Assembly (NCBI GenBank): GCA_964342395.1 | Contig: CAYFFJ010000003.1 | Coordinates: 2,181-66,180 of the forward strand | Direction: 5' to 3' | Length of the DNA: 64,000 nt | Source of the DNA: an uncultured Hydrogenophaga sp. | Lineage (GTDB): Bacteria > Pseudomonadota > Gammaproteobacteria > Burkholderiales > Burkholderiaceae_C | In this document: piece after piece, positions 1-9,436 of the stretch | Position numbering within the stretch: position 1 is the first letter of the stretch | Layout: each line of letters begins with the position of its first letter | Translations under genes and position numbers: made by a program | Notes under the pieces: generated by a model | Database searches by the model: none | What the model was told of the DNA's origin: nothing | The model's input: only the letters and a program-made list of their open reading frames with translations

Positions 1-832
1 GGTCCACGCCCTTGATGAACTCGCGCTCGGCGTGCTGCGGGTGGTACACGCGCCAGTGGCTCACCTCGAACACGGTTGCCCCGATCTGCGGCGTGCGCGG
101 CGGGTAGCGATCGGCCATCTCGCGGCCCACCATGCCGCGGATCACGCGGTCCTCGCTCACCGGGCCGCCACTGCAGACAATGGTTTCCACCGTGCTGCCG
201 TCGCGCAGGATGGTCACCGCGTCGGCCACGCGGGCAATCTCGTTGAGTTTGTGCGAAATCAGGATGCAGGTGATGCCCTGGCCCTTGAGTTCGAGCAGCA
301 GGTCCAGCAAAGCCTGGCTGTCGGTCTCGTTGAGGCTGGCGGTGGGCTCATCCAGGATCAGCAGCTTGACCTGCTTGGACAGGGCCTTGGCGATCTCCAC
401 CAATTGTTGTTTGCCCACGCCCAAGTCGGTGATGCGGGTGGACGGCGACTCCTTGAGCCCCACCTTGTCCAGCAAGGTCTGGGTCTTGCGATGCGCCGCC
501 GCGCCGTCGATCACACCATGGGTAGCGATCTCGTTGCCCAGGAACACGTTCTCGGCGATCGAGAGCAACGGCACCAGGGCCAGTTCCTGGTGAATGATGA
601 TGATGCCCTGCTGTTCACTGTCGTGGATGCCCTTGAAGTGACACTCACGGCCCTCCAGCAGGATCTGACCTGTGTAGCTGCCAGCCGGGTAAACGCCGGA
701 AAGCACCTTCATCAGCGTGGATTTGCCCGCGCCGTTCTCGCCCACCAGTGCGTGGATCTCACCCGCTCGCACGCTCAGGTTCACTTGGTCGAGCGCCACC
801 ACGCCAGGGAATGTCTTGCGGATGGACCGCAT
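1..832 (-). CDS. gguA: sugar ABC transporter ATP-binding protein (GguA/XylG-like); 5' part only, gene runs off the left edge
   Basis: My own translation from ATG at 832 gives [44 protein letters not shown]... It has Walker [10 protein letters not shown], a sugar-ABC signature-like [15 protein letters not shown] and Walker B LLILDEPT. It is absent from the ORF track because no stop lies in the window. It sits directly downstream of the chvE-like gene. Confidence 0.85.
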   Translation of the reverse strand, partial: MRSIRKTFPGVVALDQVNLSVRAGEIHALVGENGAGKSTLMKVLSGVYPAGSYTGQILLEGRECHFKGIHDSEQQGIIIIHQELALVPLLSIAENVFLGNEIATHGVIDGAAAHRKTQTLLDKVGLKESPSTRITDLGVGKQQLVEIAKALSKQVKLLILDEPTASLNETDSQALLDLLLELKGQGITCILISHKLNEIARVADAVTILRDGSTVETIVCSGGPVSEDRVIRGMVGREMADRYPPRTPQIGATVFEVSHWRVYHPQHAEREFIKGVD

Positions 833-929
833 ATCCAAAAGGGTTTGCAAAGGAAGGGTCCTCGGTGCGAAAGCAGTCTGGGGCGGCGAGGGGCCGGTTG
901 AGCCCCCTGCCGCCCCGTCGGACGGCGGT

Positions 930-2009
930 TTACTTGACCTGTGATTCCTTGTAGTAGCCGCTGTCAACCAGCACCTTCTTCCAGTTGCCGGCGTCCACAG
1001 GCACCGGCTTGAGCAGGTAGGACGGCACGACCTTCACGCCGTTGTTGTAGGTCTTGGTGTCGTTGATCTCGGGCGTCTTGCCCGACAGCATGGCGTCGAC
1101 CATGTTGGCCGTGACTTTGGCCAGCTCACGCGTGTCCTTGAAAATGGTGGAGTACTGCTCGCCCTTGAGGATGGACTTGACCGAGGGCACCTCGGCGTCC
1201 TGGCCGCTGACCACCGGGCAGGGTTGCTGCGAACTGCAGTAGCCCACGCCCTTGAGAGACGACAGGATGCCGATCGACAGGCCGTCGTAGGGACTCAGCA
1301 CGGCATGCACCTTGTCCTTGCCATAAAAAGCCGAAAGCAGGTTGTCCATGCGCGACTGCGCCACAGCACCGTCCCAACGCAGGGTGCCGACCTTGTCCAT
1401 GCCCATCTGCTTGCTGCGCACCACCAGCTTGCCGCTGTCGATGTAGGGCTTGAGCACACTCATCGCGCCGTCGTAGAAGAAGAAGGCATTGTTGTCGTCA
1501 GGGCTGCCACCGAACAGTTCGATGTTGAACGGACCCTTGCCGGCCTTGAGGCCCAGCTTGTCGACGATGGAGGTGGCCTGCTGCACGCCAACCTGAAAGT
1601 TGTCGAAGGTGGCGTAGTAGTCAACGTTCTTGCTGCCCTTGATCAGGCGGTCATAAGCGATGACCTTGACGCCCTTGTCGGCCGCGTTCTGCAGCGCCTT
1701 GCTCAGCGTGGTGCCGTCGATGGAGGCAATCACCAGCACTTTGACGCCCTTGGTGATCATGTTCTCGACCTGGGCCAGCTGGTTCGGGATGTCGTCATCG
1801 GCGTACTGCAGGTCGGCCTTGTAGCCGCGCTCCTTCAGTACCTTGACCATGTTGTCGCCGTCGGCGATCCAGCGGGCGGACGATTTGGTGGGCATCGAGA
1901 TGCCGATGGCACCCTTGTCCTGCGCCTGCGCCGCCAGGGGCGCCAGGGCTCCAAGGGTGGCGGTAGCGGCCAGGACCGCCACCAGGGCGCGGCGTTTGAA
2001 ATGGGTCAT
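930..2009 (-). CDS. chvE: periplasmic multiple-sugar (arabinose/galactose/xylose) binding protein, ChvE-like
   Basis: Real start is [30 protein letters not shown] (signal peptide), preceded by GGAGAC. The mature protein ([21 protein letters not shown]...[14 protein letters not shown]...[37 protein letters not shown]) closely matches ChvE as I remember it. The 5' extension of ORF 930..2477 is rejected. Confidence 0.9.
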   Translation of the reverse strand: MTHFKRRALVAVLAATATLGALAPLAAQAQDKGAIGISMPTKSSARWIADGDNMVKVLKERGYKADLQYADDDIPNQLAQVENMITKGVKVLVIASIDGTTLSKALQNAADKGVKVIAYDRLIKGSKNVDYYATFDNFQVGVQQATSIVDKLGLKAGKGPFNIELFGGSPDDNNAFFFYDGAMSVLKPYIDSGKLVVRSKQMGMDKVGTLRWDGAVAQSRMDNLLSAFYGKDKVHAVLSPYDGLSIGILSSLKGVGYCSSQQPCPVVSGQDAEVPSVKSILKGEQYSTIFKDTRELAKVTANMVDAMLSGKTPEINDTKTYNNGVKVVPSYLLKPVPVDAGNWKKVLVDSGYYKESQVK

Positions 2010-2044
2010 GGTTGGTCTCCGGTTTGTGGTTGTGGTGAAAAAGG

Positions 2045-3496
2045 TCAGGCCAGCATGTAGCCGGTCTTGACGGTGGTGTAGAACTCCGCCGCGTAGCGGC
2101 CTTGTTCGCGGGAACCGTGGCTGGAGTCCTTGCGACCGCCGAAAGGCACGTGGAAATCCACGCCGGCAGTGGGCAGGTTCACCATGGTCATGCCAACCTG
2201 CGCGTGGCGCTTGAAGTGCATGGCGTGTTTGAGAGAGGTGGTGCAGATGCCCGCGCACAGCCCGAAGGGCGTGTCGTTGGCCAGCGCCAGCGCGTGTTCG
2301 TAGCCGTCGGCGCGTAGCACGCAAGCGATGGGGCCGAAGATTTCCTCGCGCGCCAGACGGTGCTGCGGCTGCGCCAGCCACAGCGCCGGACGCATGTAAT
2401 GGCCAGGGGTGTCGCCTTCGAAACGCTCGCCGCCCCAGACGTGCTGGGCCCCCTCTTCGGCGGCGATGGCCAGCCAAGCCTGGTTCTGTTCCAGTTGTTC
2501 GGCCGAGGCCACCGGCCCCATGGCTGTCCCACGCGCCAGCGCGTGGCCCACCTTGAGCTCAGCCAGCCGCCGCCCCAGGCGCGCAACGAAAGCGTCGTGC
2601 AGCGGCGCATCTACGATCAACCGGCTGGACGCGGTGCAGCGCTGGCCGGTGGAAAAATACGAGCCCTGCAGCGCGCAATCGACGGCCTGGTCGAGATCGG
2701 CATCGGCCAGCACCACCAGCGGGTTCTTGCCACCCATCTCCAGCTGCACCTTGGCACGCCGCGCCGTGGCAGTCTGCAGCAGGCGTTCGCCGGTGGCGAC
2801 AGAGCCGGTGAAACTCAGCGCGTTCACGCGCGGGTGCTCAACCAGGGTTTGGCCGACCTCGCGGCCGCTGCCCATCACCAGGTTGAACACCCCGGCGGGC
2901 AATCCGCAGCGGCTGATGATTTCGGCCAGCGCCCAGCCGCAGGCCGGCACCAGCTCGGCCGGCTTGAACACCACGGTGTTGCCGTAGGCCAGGGCCGGGG
3001 CGATCTTCCAGGCGGGAATGGCAAAGGGAAAGTTCCAGGGCGCGATCACCGCGACCACACCCACCGGTTCACGGGTGATATCGACTTGCACCCCCGGGCG
3101 CACCGAGGCCAAGATTTCGCCCGGGATGCGCAGCGCCTCGCCGGCGAAAAACTTGAAGATCTGACCAGCCCGCGCCACCTCGGCGATGCCCTCCGGCAGG
3201 GTCTTGCCCTCTTCCCGCGCCAGCAGCTCACCCAGCTCGTCCTTGCGCGCCAGCAACTCGCTGCCGACTTGGTCGAGCGCATCAGCGCGGCGCTGCGGGG
3301 TGCTCTGGCTCCACTGCGGCAGGGCGTCAACAGCAGCGGCCACCGCCTGCTCGGTCTGGTTGCGGTCGGCACGGGCGTATTCGGCCACCACCTCCCGTGT
3401 ATCAGAGGGGTTGGTGCTGATGCCAGTGGTGGCACCACTGACCCAGCGGCCATTGATGAGGTGCCGCGGGTGGTGCCGGATGTCGCCCAGTTTCAT
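2045..3496 (-). CDS. NAD(P)+ aldehyde dehydrogenase, probable alpha-ketoglutarate semialdehyde (2,5-dioxovalerate) dehydrogenase
   Basis: ALDH family motifs LEMGGKNP and catalytic Cys [13 protein letters not shown]. Start chosen at MKLGDIRHH (ATG 3496). The context of a pentose/hexose oxidative pathway supports the specific assignment. Confidence 0.8.
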   Translation of the reverse strand: MKLGDIRHHPRHLINGRWVSGATTGISTNPSDTREVVAEYARADRNQTEQAVAAAVDALPQWSQSTPQRRADALDQVGSELLARKDELGELLAREEGKTLPEGIAEVARAGQIFKFFAGEALRIPGEILASVRPGVQVDITREPVGVVAVIAPWNFPFAIPAWKIAPALAYGNTVVFKPAELVPACGWALAEIISRCGLPAGVFNLVMGSGREVGQTLVEHPRVNALSFTGSVATGERLLQTATARRAKVQLEMGGKNPLVVLADADLDQAVDCALQGSYFSTGQRCTASSRLIVDAPLHDAFVARLGRRLAELKVGHALARGTAMGPVASAEQLEQNQAWLAIAAEEGAQHVWGGERFEGDTPGHYMRPALWLAQPQHRLAREEIFGPIACVLRADGYEHALALANDTPFGLCAGICTTSLKHAMHFKRHAQVGMTMVNLPTAGVDFHVPFGGRKDSSHGSREQGRYAAEFYTTVKTGYMLA

Positions 3497-3558
3497 GAAG
3501 TTGGTGGTCCAAGTAGGAAAGAACAGGAAGGACAGTGCGCCAAAGTTTATGGAGGTTT

Positions 3559-3609
3559 TTGATATCAATCCAATCGTTTTTTAGAGAAAATAGATATCAC
3601 TATTGATAT
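3559..3609. promoter_or_regulatory. candidate LysR operator(s) in a divergent promoter region
   Basis: Perfect palindrome TTGATATCAA (3559-3568) and ATATCA-CTAT-TGATAT (3594-3609) lie in the AT-rich gap between the ALDH operon and the LysR gene. A related ATATCAATTAATTGA occurs at 5431-5445. Confidence 0.45.
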
Positions 3610-3624
3610 TCTGGAAAACCCGCC

Positions 3625-4584
3625 ATGAGCACCTACAACCACTGGTTCATCCGCGCCCGCCTCAAAACGCGCCAACTGCTGCTGCTCGTGGCCCTGGCCG
3701 AGGAGGGCAACATCCACCGCGCGGCCCAGGTGCTGAGCATGACCCAGCCGGCCGCATCCAAGCTGCTCAAGGACCTGGAGGATGTGCTGGGCGTGCCGCT
3801 GTTCGACCGGCTGCCCCGGGGGATGAGCCCAACCTGGTACGGCGAAACCATGATTCGCCACGCGCGCATGGCACTGGCCAGCCTGAACCAGGCGCACGAC
3901 GAGTTGCTGGCGCTCAAGAGCGGGCACTACGGACAGGTCGGCGTCGGCGCCATCACCTCACCCGGCCTGAGCCTGTTGCCGTCGGCGGTGGCACGGGTCA
4001 AGCAGGAACACCCCAACCTGCGGATCTCACTGGAGATCGAAACCAGCCCGGTGTTGCTGGAACGGCTGGCGCAGGGCCGCCTGGACATCGTGGTTGGGCG
4101 CCTGTTCGCCGAACACGACAAAGACAGCCTGAACTACGAACCCTTGACCGAGGAGCCGGTCTCGGCAGTGACGCGCCCGGGGCACCCGCTGCTGGGCGTG
4201 GCCAACCTGGGCCTGCGCGACCTGCACGGCGCGGGCTGGATCGTGCCACCAGCCGGCAGCGTGCTGCGCCACCGCTTCGACCTGATGTTCCAACAAGAAG
4301 GGCTTTCGCCGCCGATCAACACCATCGAGACCTCGGCCCTGCTGTTCATGACGCGCATGCTGGAGCAAAGCGACATGGTCGGGGTGCTGGCAAGCGATGT
4401 GGCGAACTACTACGCCGCACACGGCCTGATGGCCGTGCTGCCGCTGGACCTGCCCTGCCACATGGACGCCTTCGGCATCATCACCCGCACCAACCGCCTG
4501 CTCTCGCCCGGTGCCAAGGTGCTGATGCAGGCACTCAAGCAGACCTGTTTGGTGCAGTACGGCATCAAGCTCGACAAAGACTGA
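3625..4584 (+). CDS. LysR-family transcriptional regulator
   Basis: N-terminal HTH (LKTRQLLLLVALAEEGNIHRAAQVLSMTQPAASKLLKDLEDVLGVPLFDR) plus a LysR substrate-binding domain. It is divergent from the sugar oxidation operon. Confidence 0.9.
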   Translation: MSTYNHWFIRARLKTRQLLLLVALAEEGNIHRAAQVLSMTQPAASKLLKDLEDVLGVPLFDRLPRGMSPTWYGETMIRHARMALASLNQAHDELLALKSGHYGQVGVGAITSPGLSLLPSAVARVKQEHPNLRISLEIETSPVLLERLAQGRLDIVVGRLFAEHDKDSLNYEPLTEEPVSAVTRPGHPLLGVANLGLRDLHGAGWIVPPAGSVLRHRFDLMFQQEGLSPPINTIETSALLFMTRMLEQSDMVGVLASDVANYYAAHGLMAVLPLDLPCHMDAFGIITRTNRLLSPGAKVLMQALKQTCLVQYGIKLDKD

Positions 4585-4610
4585 GGGGCGTAGCGTGAGA
4601 GTGTGGCGCT

Positions 4611-5420
4611 TCAGGTCCAGCCGCCGTCAACCACGAACTCCTGCGCGGTGCACATCGCGGCGTCGTCCGAGGCCAGGAACAGCACCATGGCCGCCACGTG
4701 CTGCGGCAGCAGTTTGTCGGGCAGGCACTGGTTGCGCGCGATCTCTCGCTCGCCCTCGGCATTCAGCCACAGCCGCACCTGCCGCTCCGTCATCACCCAG
4801 CCCGGCGTGACCGTGTTGACCCGGATGCGGTCCTGACCCAGACGCACGGCCAGTCCACGCGTCAGGCCATCCACCGAGGACTTGGCAATCGCATAGCAGG
4901 GGTAGTCAGGGCTCTTGATCTGCCAGCCAATGGAACCGAAATTGATCACCGAACCGCCACCCATGCGGCGCATGCCTGGCGCCACCGCCTGCACAGCGAA
5001 CAGCGCCGGGCGCTGGTTCACCGCCATGCGCTCATCGAAATAGTCCGGCGTGACCGACTCCAGGCTGTGGCGATCGTCACTGGCGACGTTGTTGACCAGC
5101 ACGCCAAAGTCGCCCAGCACGCGGGCGGCATCGGCAATGGCGCCCTGCAGCGCGTCAATGTCCTTGACGTCGACCACGCGCCACCAGGGAGGGGTGTGGC
5201 CTTCGTCGGCCAGTTGCTGCGCCAGCGCTTGCGCCGCCTGCGCCGCCACGTCGACGAAGGCCACATGGGCACCCTGACGGGCGAAAGCAGCGACGATGGC
5301 GGCTCCAATGCCGGTGGCGCCACCGGTGATGAACACGTTGCGCCCTTGCAGGCCGGCGTAGCGAGAGGCACGGGCGCCATCGGCGGCGGGCACATCGGGA
5401 TGGGTTGAAGGATTAGTCAT
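4611..5420 (-). CDS. SDR-family oxidoreductase, candidate aldose 1-dehydrogenase
   Basis: TGxxxGIG motif ITGGATGIGAAI and catalytic YAIAK. It neighbours the lactonase and mutarotase genes. Confidence 0.8.
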   Translation of the reverse strand: MTNPSTHPDVPAADGARASRYAGLQGRNVFITGGATGIGAAIVAAFARQGAHVAFVDVAAQAAQALAQQLADEGHTPPWWRVVDVKDIDALQGAIADAARVLGDFGVLVNNVASDDRHSLESVTPDYFDERMAVNQRPALFAVQAVAPGMRRMGGGSVINFGSIGWQIKSPDYPCYAIAKSSVDGLTRGLAVRLGQDRIRVNTVTPGWVMTERQVRLWLNAEGEREIARNQCLPDKLLPQHVAAMVLFLASDDAAMCTAQEFVVDGGWT

Positions 5421-5430
5421 TGCAATATGT

Positions 5431-5445
5431 ATATCAATTAATTGA
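5431..5445. promoter_or_regulatory. candidate LysR half-site/palindrome between the SDR and lactonase genes
   Basis: ATATCAATTAATTGA shares the ATATCA half-site with 3594-3609 and contains the palindrome TCAATTAATTGA. Confidence 0.35.
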
Positions 5446-5521
5446 AAAAATGAATTAACAAGGCATCAATCTGATCGCACAATGCCTCTGACGTCAAGCT
5501 CCGGCAGTCCGTTGCCAGGGT

Positions 5522-6475
5522 ATGAGCGCCACACAGCCGCCAGGAGACCACATGCCGCCCCACGCTCCCATCCCCTCTGCGTTCCCGATCACGGGCGAGC
5601 CGCACTGCGTCTGGCCAGCCCGTGCGCTGCTGGGCGAGGGTGGACTCTGGTCAGTCCGGCAACAGCGCTTGTTCTGGGTCGACATCCTCGCGCGCCACAT
5701 CCACCGGCTGGACCCGGCCACGGGTGTGCAGGACAGCTGGACCCTGGCCGAGGAAGTGTCGGCCCTGGCCGAACGCCGCGAGAAAGCAGGTCTGGCCATC
5801 GCACTGCGGCGCGGGCCCGCGCTCTGGGACCCCGAGCGCCCGGACGAACCGCCGCGCTACCTGTGCCAGCCCGAGCCGGAACGGCTGGGCAACCGCTTCA
5901 ACGACGCCAAGTGCGACACGGCGGGCCACTGGTGGATGGGCAGCATGGACTTCGACTGTCGGGCACCGACCGGCGCGCTCTACCGCGTCGCACCCGATGG
6001 GGCCTGGACGCGGATAGACGAGGGTTTCGCCGTCACCAACGGACCGACCTGGATCCATGAAGGCCGAACCCTGCTGCTCAACGACACGGTGTCCGGCCAA
6101 GTGCTGGCCTACGACGTCAACCCCAGTACCGGCGTGCTGGGCCGTCGGCGGCCCTGGCTGCGGTTGGACCCTGAAGACGGCGTGCCTGACGGCATGAGCA
6201 CCGACGCACTGGGGCGGGTGTGGATTTGCCACTGGGGCGGCAGCTGTATCTCCTGCCACCACCCCGACAGCGCGCAGGAGCTGGGCCGCGTGCGCCTGCC
6301 GGTGAGCCAGGTCACGTCGTGCACCTTTGGCGGCGCCGACCTGTCGACGCTGTACATCACCTCGGCGTGCGTCGGGCTGGACGCGGCCGCGCTGGCCCGC
6401 GAGCCGCTGGCCGGAGGGCTGTTTGCGCTGCGCCTGCCGGTAGCGGGCCTGGCATCCGCCAGCTTCGCCGGATGA
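5522..6475 (+). CDS. SMP-30/gluconolactonase/LRE-family sugar lactonase
   Basis: Beta-propeller lactonase-like sequence (LGEGGLWSVRQQRLFWVDI..., FNDAKCDTAGHWWMGSM, PDGMSTDALGRVWICHWGG). An alternative start exists at 5552. Confidence 0.8.
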   Translation: MSATQPPGDHMPPHAPIPSAFPITGEPHCVWPARALLGEGGLWSVRQQRLFWVDILARHIHRLDPATGVQDSWTLAEEVSALAERREKAGLAIALRRGPALWDPERPDEPPRYLCQPEPERLGNRFNDAKCDTAGHWWMGSMDFDCRAPTGALYRVAPDGAWTRIDEGFAVTNGPTWIHEGRTLLLNDTVSGQVLAYDVNPSTGVLGRRRPWLRLDPEDGVPDGMSTDALGRVWICHWGGSCISCHHPDSAQELGRVRLPVSQVTSCTFGGADLSTLYITSACVGLDAAALAREPLAGGLFALRLPVAGLASASFAG

Positions 6476-7422
6476 GAAACCAAACCTCGGTGCGGGAGCA
6501 ACTGATGAACGATGGAGCAGGGTTTGGCGAAACGCACTGGCTGCAAGCCCATGGGCAGCGCCTGGGCCTGATGCCCGGCGCCGGTGGTGGTGTGGCTGCC
6601 TGGCAATGGCTGCGCGAGGGCACACCGGTGGACCTCTGGCGACCGTGGGACGGGCGGACCCGACACATGCACGCACTGGCCAGTTTTCCGTTGCTGCCCT
6701 GGTCCAACCGCATCAGCGGTGGCGGCTTCGAACATGCCGGGCGGCTCCACTCGTTGGCACCCAACACGCCCGACGACCCGTACCCCATTCACGGGGATGG
6801 CTGGCGCCAGCCCTGGACCCTGTCCGAGGTTCGCCGTGACGGCGCGCAGATGCGGCTGCGCTCGGAAGGTTTCGGCGGCAACCCCCACGTCTACGACGCC
6901 ACGCAGGACTTCACGCTGACCGACGGCGGCCTGGCACAGTCACTGACGGTCGTCCATCGGGGCGATACACCGCTGCCTTACGGTCTGGGTCAGCACCCTT
7001 GGTTTTTGCGCACGCCAACCTGCCGCGTGCAGGCGCCGGTGGCGGGCGTCTGGCGGTCGCGGCCAGACAAAATCCCGACCGATTTCACGACCGGATTTCC
7101 CGCTGGCTGGGACCTCAACCAAGGCGCCATGGTGGACCGCATCGAGATCGACAACGGCTTTGGCGGCTGGAACGGTCAGGCGCTGATCGAGTGGCCCGAG
7201 CGGGATCTGAGGCTGCGTTTGCGGGCCGAACTGCAACGCCCCGAGGGCGTGCGGGCCTGCGCCGACTGTCTGTTGTACGCACCAGGCACGTCGGCCGTGT
7301 TCTGTCTTGAACCGGTCAGCCACCCCATCGACGCAGCCCACCTGCCGGAGCGTCCGGGCTGGACGGTGCTGGCACCTGGGCAGGCCATGACCCTGCGCCT
7401 GGACTGGCGCTTCAAAGCGTGA
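6472..7422 (+). CDS. aldose 1-epimerase (mutarotase) family protein
   Basis: Its ATG overlaps the lactonase stop (ATGA at 6472-6475). Mutarotase-like motifs include PYPIHGDGW, GLGQHPWF and FCLEPVSH. An alternative start exists at 6505. Confidence 0.7.
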   Translation: MRNQTSVREQLMNDGAGFGETHWLQAHGQRLGLMPGAGGGVAAWQWLREGTPVDLWRPWDGRTRHMHALASFPLLPWSNRISGGGFEHAGRLHSLAPNTPDDPYPIHGDGWRQPWTLSEVRRDGAQMRLRSEGFGGNPHVYDATQDFTLTDGGLAQSLTVVHRGDTPLPYGLGQHPWFLRTPTCRVQAPVAGVWRSRPDKIPTDFTTGFPAGWDLNQGAMVDRIEIDNGFGGWNGQALIEWPERDLRLRLRAELQRPEGVRACADCLLYAPGTSAVFCLEPVSHPIDAAHLPERPGWTVLAPGQAMTLRLDWRFKA

Positions 7423-8434
7423 CCGGCATCCCGGTGCGCAGGGACTGTGTGATCGCCTGACCAATGCGTGTGGCCTCGGTGGCGTCGTTCAGTGTCAGCG
7501 GTGAAGGGCGTTCGCCACGGCAGGCCGATACAAAGGCCTCCATCTCCAGGTGAAACGCGTCACCGAAACGGGCGAAAAAATCCGGCAGGACGCGGTGGCC
7601 GACACCACAGGCGTCGCGGTACTGCACCCGACTCAGGTGCGCGCCCATGCCCACCTGCAGCGTGCCGGCGGTGCCAATCACCTCGGTGGTGGTTTCGTGG
7701 CCATGTGGCATGGTGCGGCTGGCGTAGAACACGGCGCGTTGTCCACCGTCGAATTCCACAATCGCCAGGCCGTTGTCCACGTCACCGCAATCGGCCAAGC
7801 CAGGGTGCAGGGCGATGGTGCCGCTGGCGAACACGCGCGTGGCTTTCGGGTTGCCCAGCATCCAGCGCGCCAAGTCGATGTCGTGCACGCTGCAGTCCAT
7901 GAAGATGCCGCCCGAACTGGGCGCAAACTTCACGAAGAAGCCATCGGGGTCGTTCTGGTCACAAGTCTGTGAACGCACCAGGAAGGGCTTGCCCAGCTCC
8001 CCTTTGTCGAGCGCGGCCTTGGCCTCGGCGTAGCTCGGGTCAAACCGGCGCACAAAGCCGACCATGGCCACCAGGTTCGGGTGGTCTTTGGCGACTGCCT
8101 CCACCGCCTCGCAGGTCGCCACGTCCAGCGACAGCGGCTTTTCGACGAAAACGTGTTTGCCCGCGCGCAGGCAGGCTGTTGTCTGGTCCGCGTGCAGCGT
8201 GGTGGGCGTGACCAACACGATGGCGTCGATGCCCGGGTCAGCCAGCATCGATTCCAGTGTGTCGTGGCAGCGGCTGATGCCCAGCTCGCTGCGGGCCCAG
8301 TCGAGCTCGGAGGCCAGCGGGCTGCAGGCGGCGACCAGGCAGGCACCGGGGGTGTTGCGGGCCAGCTGCTGCGCGTGGCGTTTGCCGAGGCGGCCCAGGC
8401 CGGCGATGCCGACGGTAAGGAGGTTGGAGCTCAT
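7412..8434 (-). CDS. Gfo/Idh/MocA-family NAD(P)-dependent oxidoreductase (inositol-isomer dehydrogenase candidate), paralog A
   Basis: Rossmann motif GIAGLGRLGKRH and the EKP motif FVEKPL. It sits 13 bp downstream of the rpiR-type gene. By-eye alignment shows clear paralogy with 20616..21641. Confidence 0.85.
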   Translation of the reverse strand: MSSNLLTVGIAGLGRLGKRHAQQLARNTPGACLVAACSPLASELDWARSELGISRCHDTLESMLADPGIDAIVLVTPTTLHADQTTACLRAGKHVFVEKPLSLDVATCEAVEAVAKDHPNLVAMVGFVRRFDPSYAEAKAALDKGELGKPFLVRSQTCDQNDPDGFFVKFAPSSGGIFMDCSVHDIDLARWMLGNPKATRVFASGTIALHPGLADCGDVDNGLAIVEFDGGQRAVFYASRTMPHGHETTTEVIGTAGTLQVGMGAHLSRVQYRDACGVGHRVLPDFFARFGDAFHLEMEAFVSACRGERPSPLTLNDATEATRIGQAITQSLRTGMPVTL

Positions 8435-8446
8435 GTCGTGGGTTTC

Positions 8447-9328
8447 TCAAATGTGGGGGGTCACCATCAGGCCCGGCGCGGTGGGTTGGTACGGCAGTTC
8501 CAGCTGGTAGGCCAGCGCGATGAACAGGCTTTGTGCCAGGCCCATGGTGGAGGTGAGGGCGCGGAAGCCGAAAGTGGCGTTATCCTTGACGAGCAGGGCG
8601 GTGTCGGCTTTGCGGGCCAGCTGGCACATGCGGCTGTCGGTGATGGCAACGATATGCGCACCACGCTCCTTCGCCATCTCGACGCAAGCCAGCGTCTCTT
8701 CGGCGTAAGGGGCGAACGAGATAGCAATCATCACATCGCCCGCGCGAACCGAACGCACCTGGCCCAGGTACATCGAGCCCACACCGGAAATCATGTGCAC
8801 CCGTTTTTCAGTGTGTTGCAGGGCGTAATCCAAGTAAGCAGCCACAGGAAATGAGCGCCGCGCCGCCGCGATCCAAATGCAATCGGTGTCGGCGAGTTGC
8901 TTCACCGCTGCCTCGAATGCCTGTTCGTCCAGTTGCTGCTGCAATTCCTGCATGGCGCCCAGGCTGCCCGCCATGAACTCGTGCGCGATCTCGGCACTGG
9001 TCAGGCGCCGCGAGTCCGACTCGATGACATCGCGGATGCGCGCTCGGTAGTTGCGTGTCGGTGCAATCTGCCGCGAGATGCCTTGGCGGAACAAGGCTTG
9101 CATCTCCGAAAAGCCCGAGAAGCCAAAGTGTTTGGCAAAACGGACCACGGCCGAGGGCTGCACGCCGCACTGACTGGCCAATTCCTGAATGCCCTCCAGA
9201 CCGATGTGGTCACCATGCTCTTCTGCGTAGTGCGCGATTTTCTTGAGCTGCACGCTCAGCGATTCGTATTCGGCAGCGATGAGGCTGCGCAGTTCGTCTG
9301 CGGTGGCGATGCTGGGTTTGGATATCAA
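8447..9328 (-). CDS. iolR: MurR/RpiR-family transcriptional regulator (IolR-type repressor candidate)
   Basis: N-terminal HTH_6 region followed by a SIS domain (ISGVGSMYLGQ..., AISFAPYAEET). It lies inside the iol locus, like the RpiR-type IolR of Sinorhizobium. Confidence 0.75.
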   Translation of the reverse strand: MISKPSIATADELRSLIAAEYESLSVQLKKIAHYAEEHGDHIGLEGIQELASQCGVQPSAVVRFAKHFGFSGFSEMQALFRQGISRQIAPTRNYRARIRDVIESDSRRLTSAEIAHEFMAGSLGAMQELQQQLDEQAFEAAVKQLADTDCIWIAAARRSFPVAAYLDYALQHTEKRVHMISGVGSMYLGQVRSVRAGDVMIAISFAPYAEETLACVEMAKERGAHIVAITDSRMCQLARKADTALLVKDNATFGFRALTSTMGLAQSLFIALAYQLELPYQPTAPGLMVTPHI

Positions 9329-9418
9329 GGCTTGTGCTCCCGTCGTGGCTGGTCGAAAGAGTGACCCCGCTGGTGGGGCAAATCCACAAGGTCTGGATTG
9401 TCGGCGCCTGTGGACCTG

Positions 9419-9435
9419 CCCCCCCCAGGGGGGGG
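9419..9435 (-). terminator. C8-A-G8 palindrome immediately after the iolG stop (possible weak terminator or structure)
   Basis: CCCCCCCCAGGGGGGGG abuts the TGA at 9437-9439. There is no clear U-tract. Confidence 0.3.
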
Positions 9436-9436
9436 A

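Noticed and set aside
32-901. 289-aa plus-strand ORF at the left edge
   Set aside because: It has an Ala/Arg/His-rich, low-complexity composition typical of an antisense shadow ORF in GC-rich DNA. The opposite strand encodes a clean ABC ATPase with Walker A, Walker B and signature motifs.
930-2477. N-terminal extensions of several track ORFs: chvE-like 930..2477, iolG 9437..10645, iolD 16013..18436, ybbN-like 27499..28701, NUDIX 48001..49119 and purK 28761..30311
   Set aside because: The extensions are Arg/Pro-rich, overlap neighbouring genes and lack an RBS. Internal starts give canonical N-termini or signal peptides preceded by Shine-Dalgarno-like sequences.
7412-7422. 11-bp convergent overlap of the mutarotase and Gfo/Idh/MocA gene ends
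   Set aside because: Short convergent 3' overlaps are common in compact GC-rich genomes. No additional structure is visible.
9419-9435. C8-A-G8 tract as a phase-variation or CRISPR-like element
   Set aside because: It is a single palindromic homopolymer pair directly after the iolG stop, outside any coding region, with no repeat-spacer organisation. At most it is a weak terminator.
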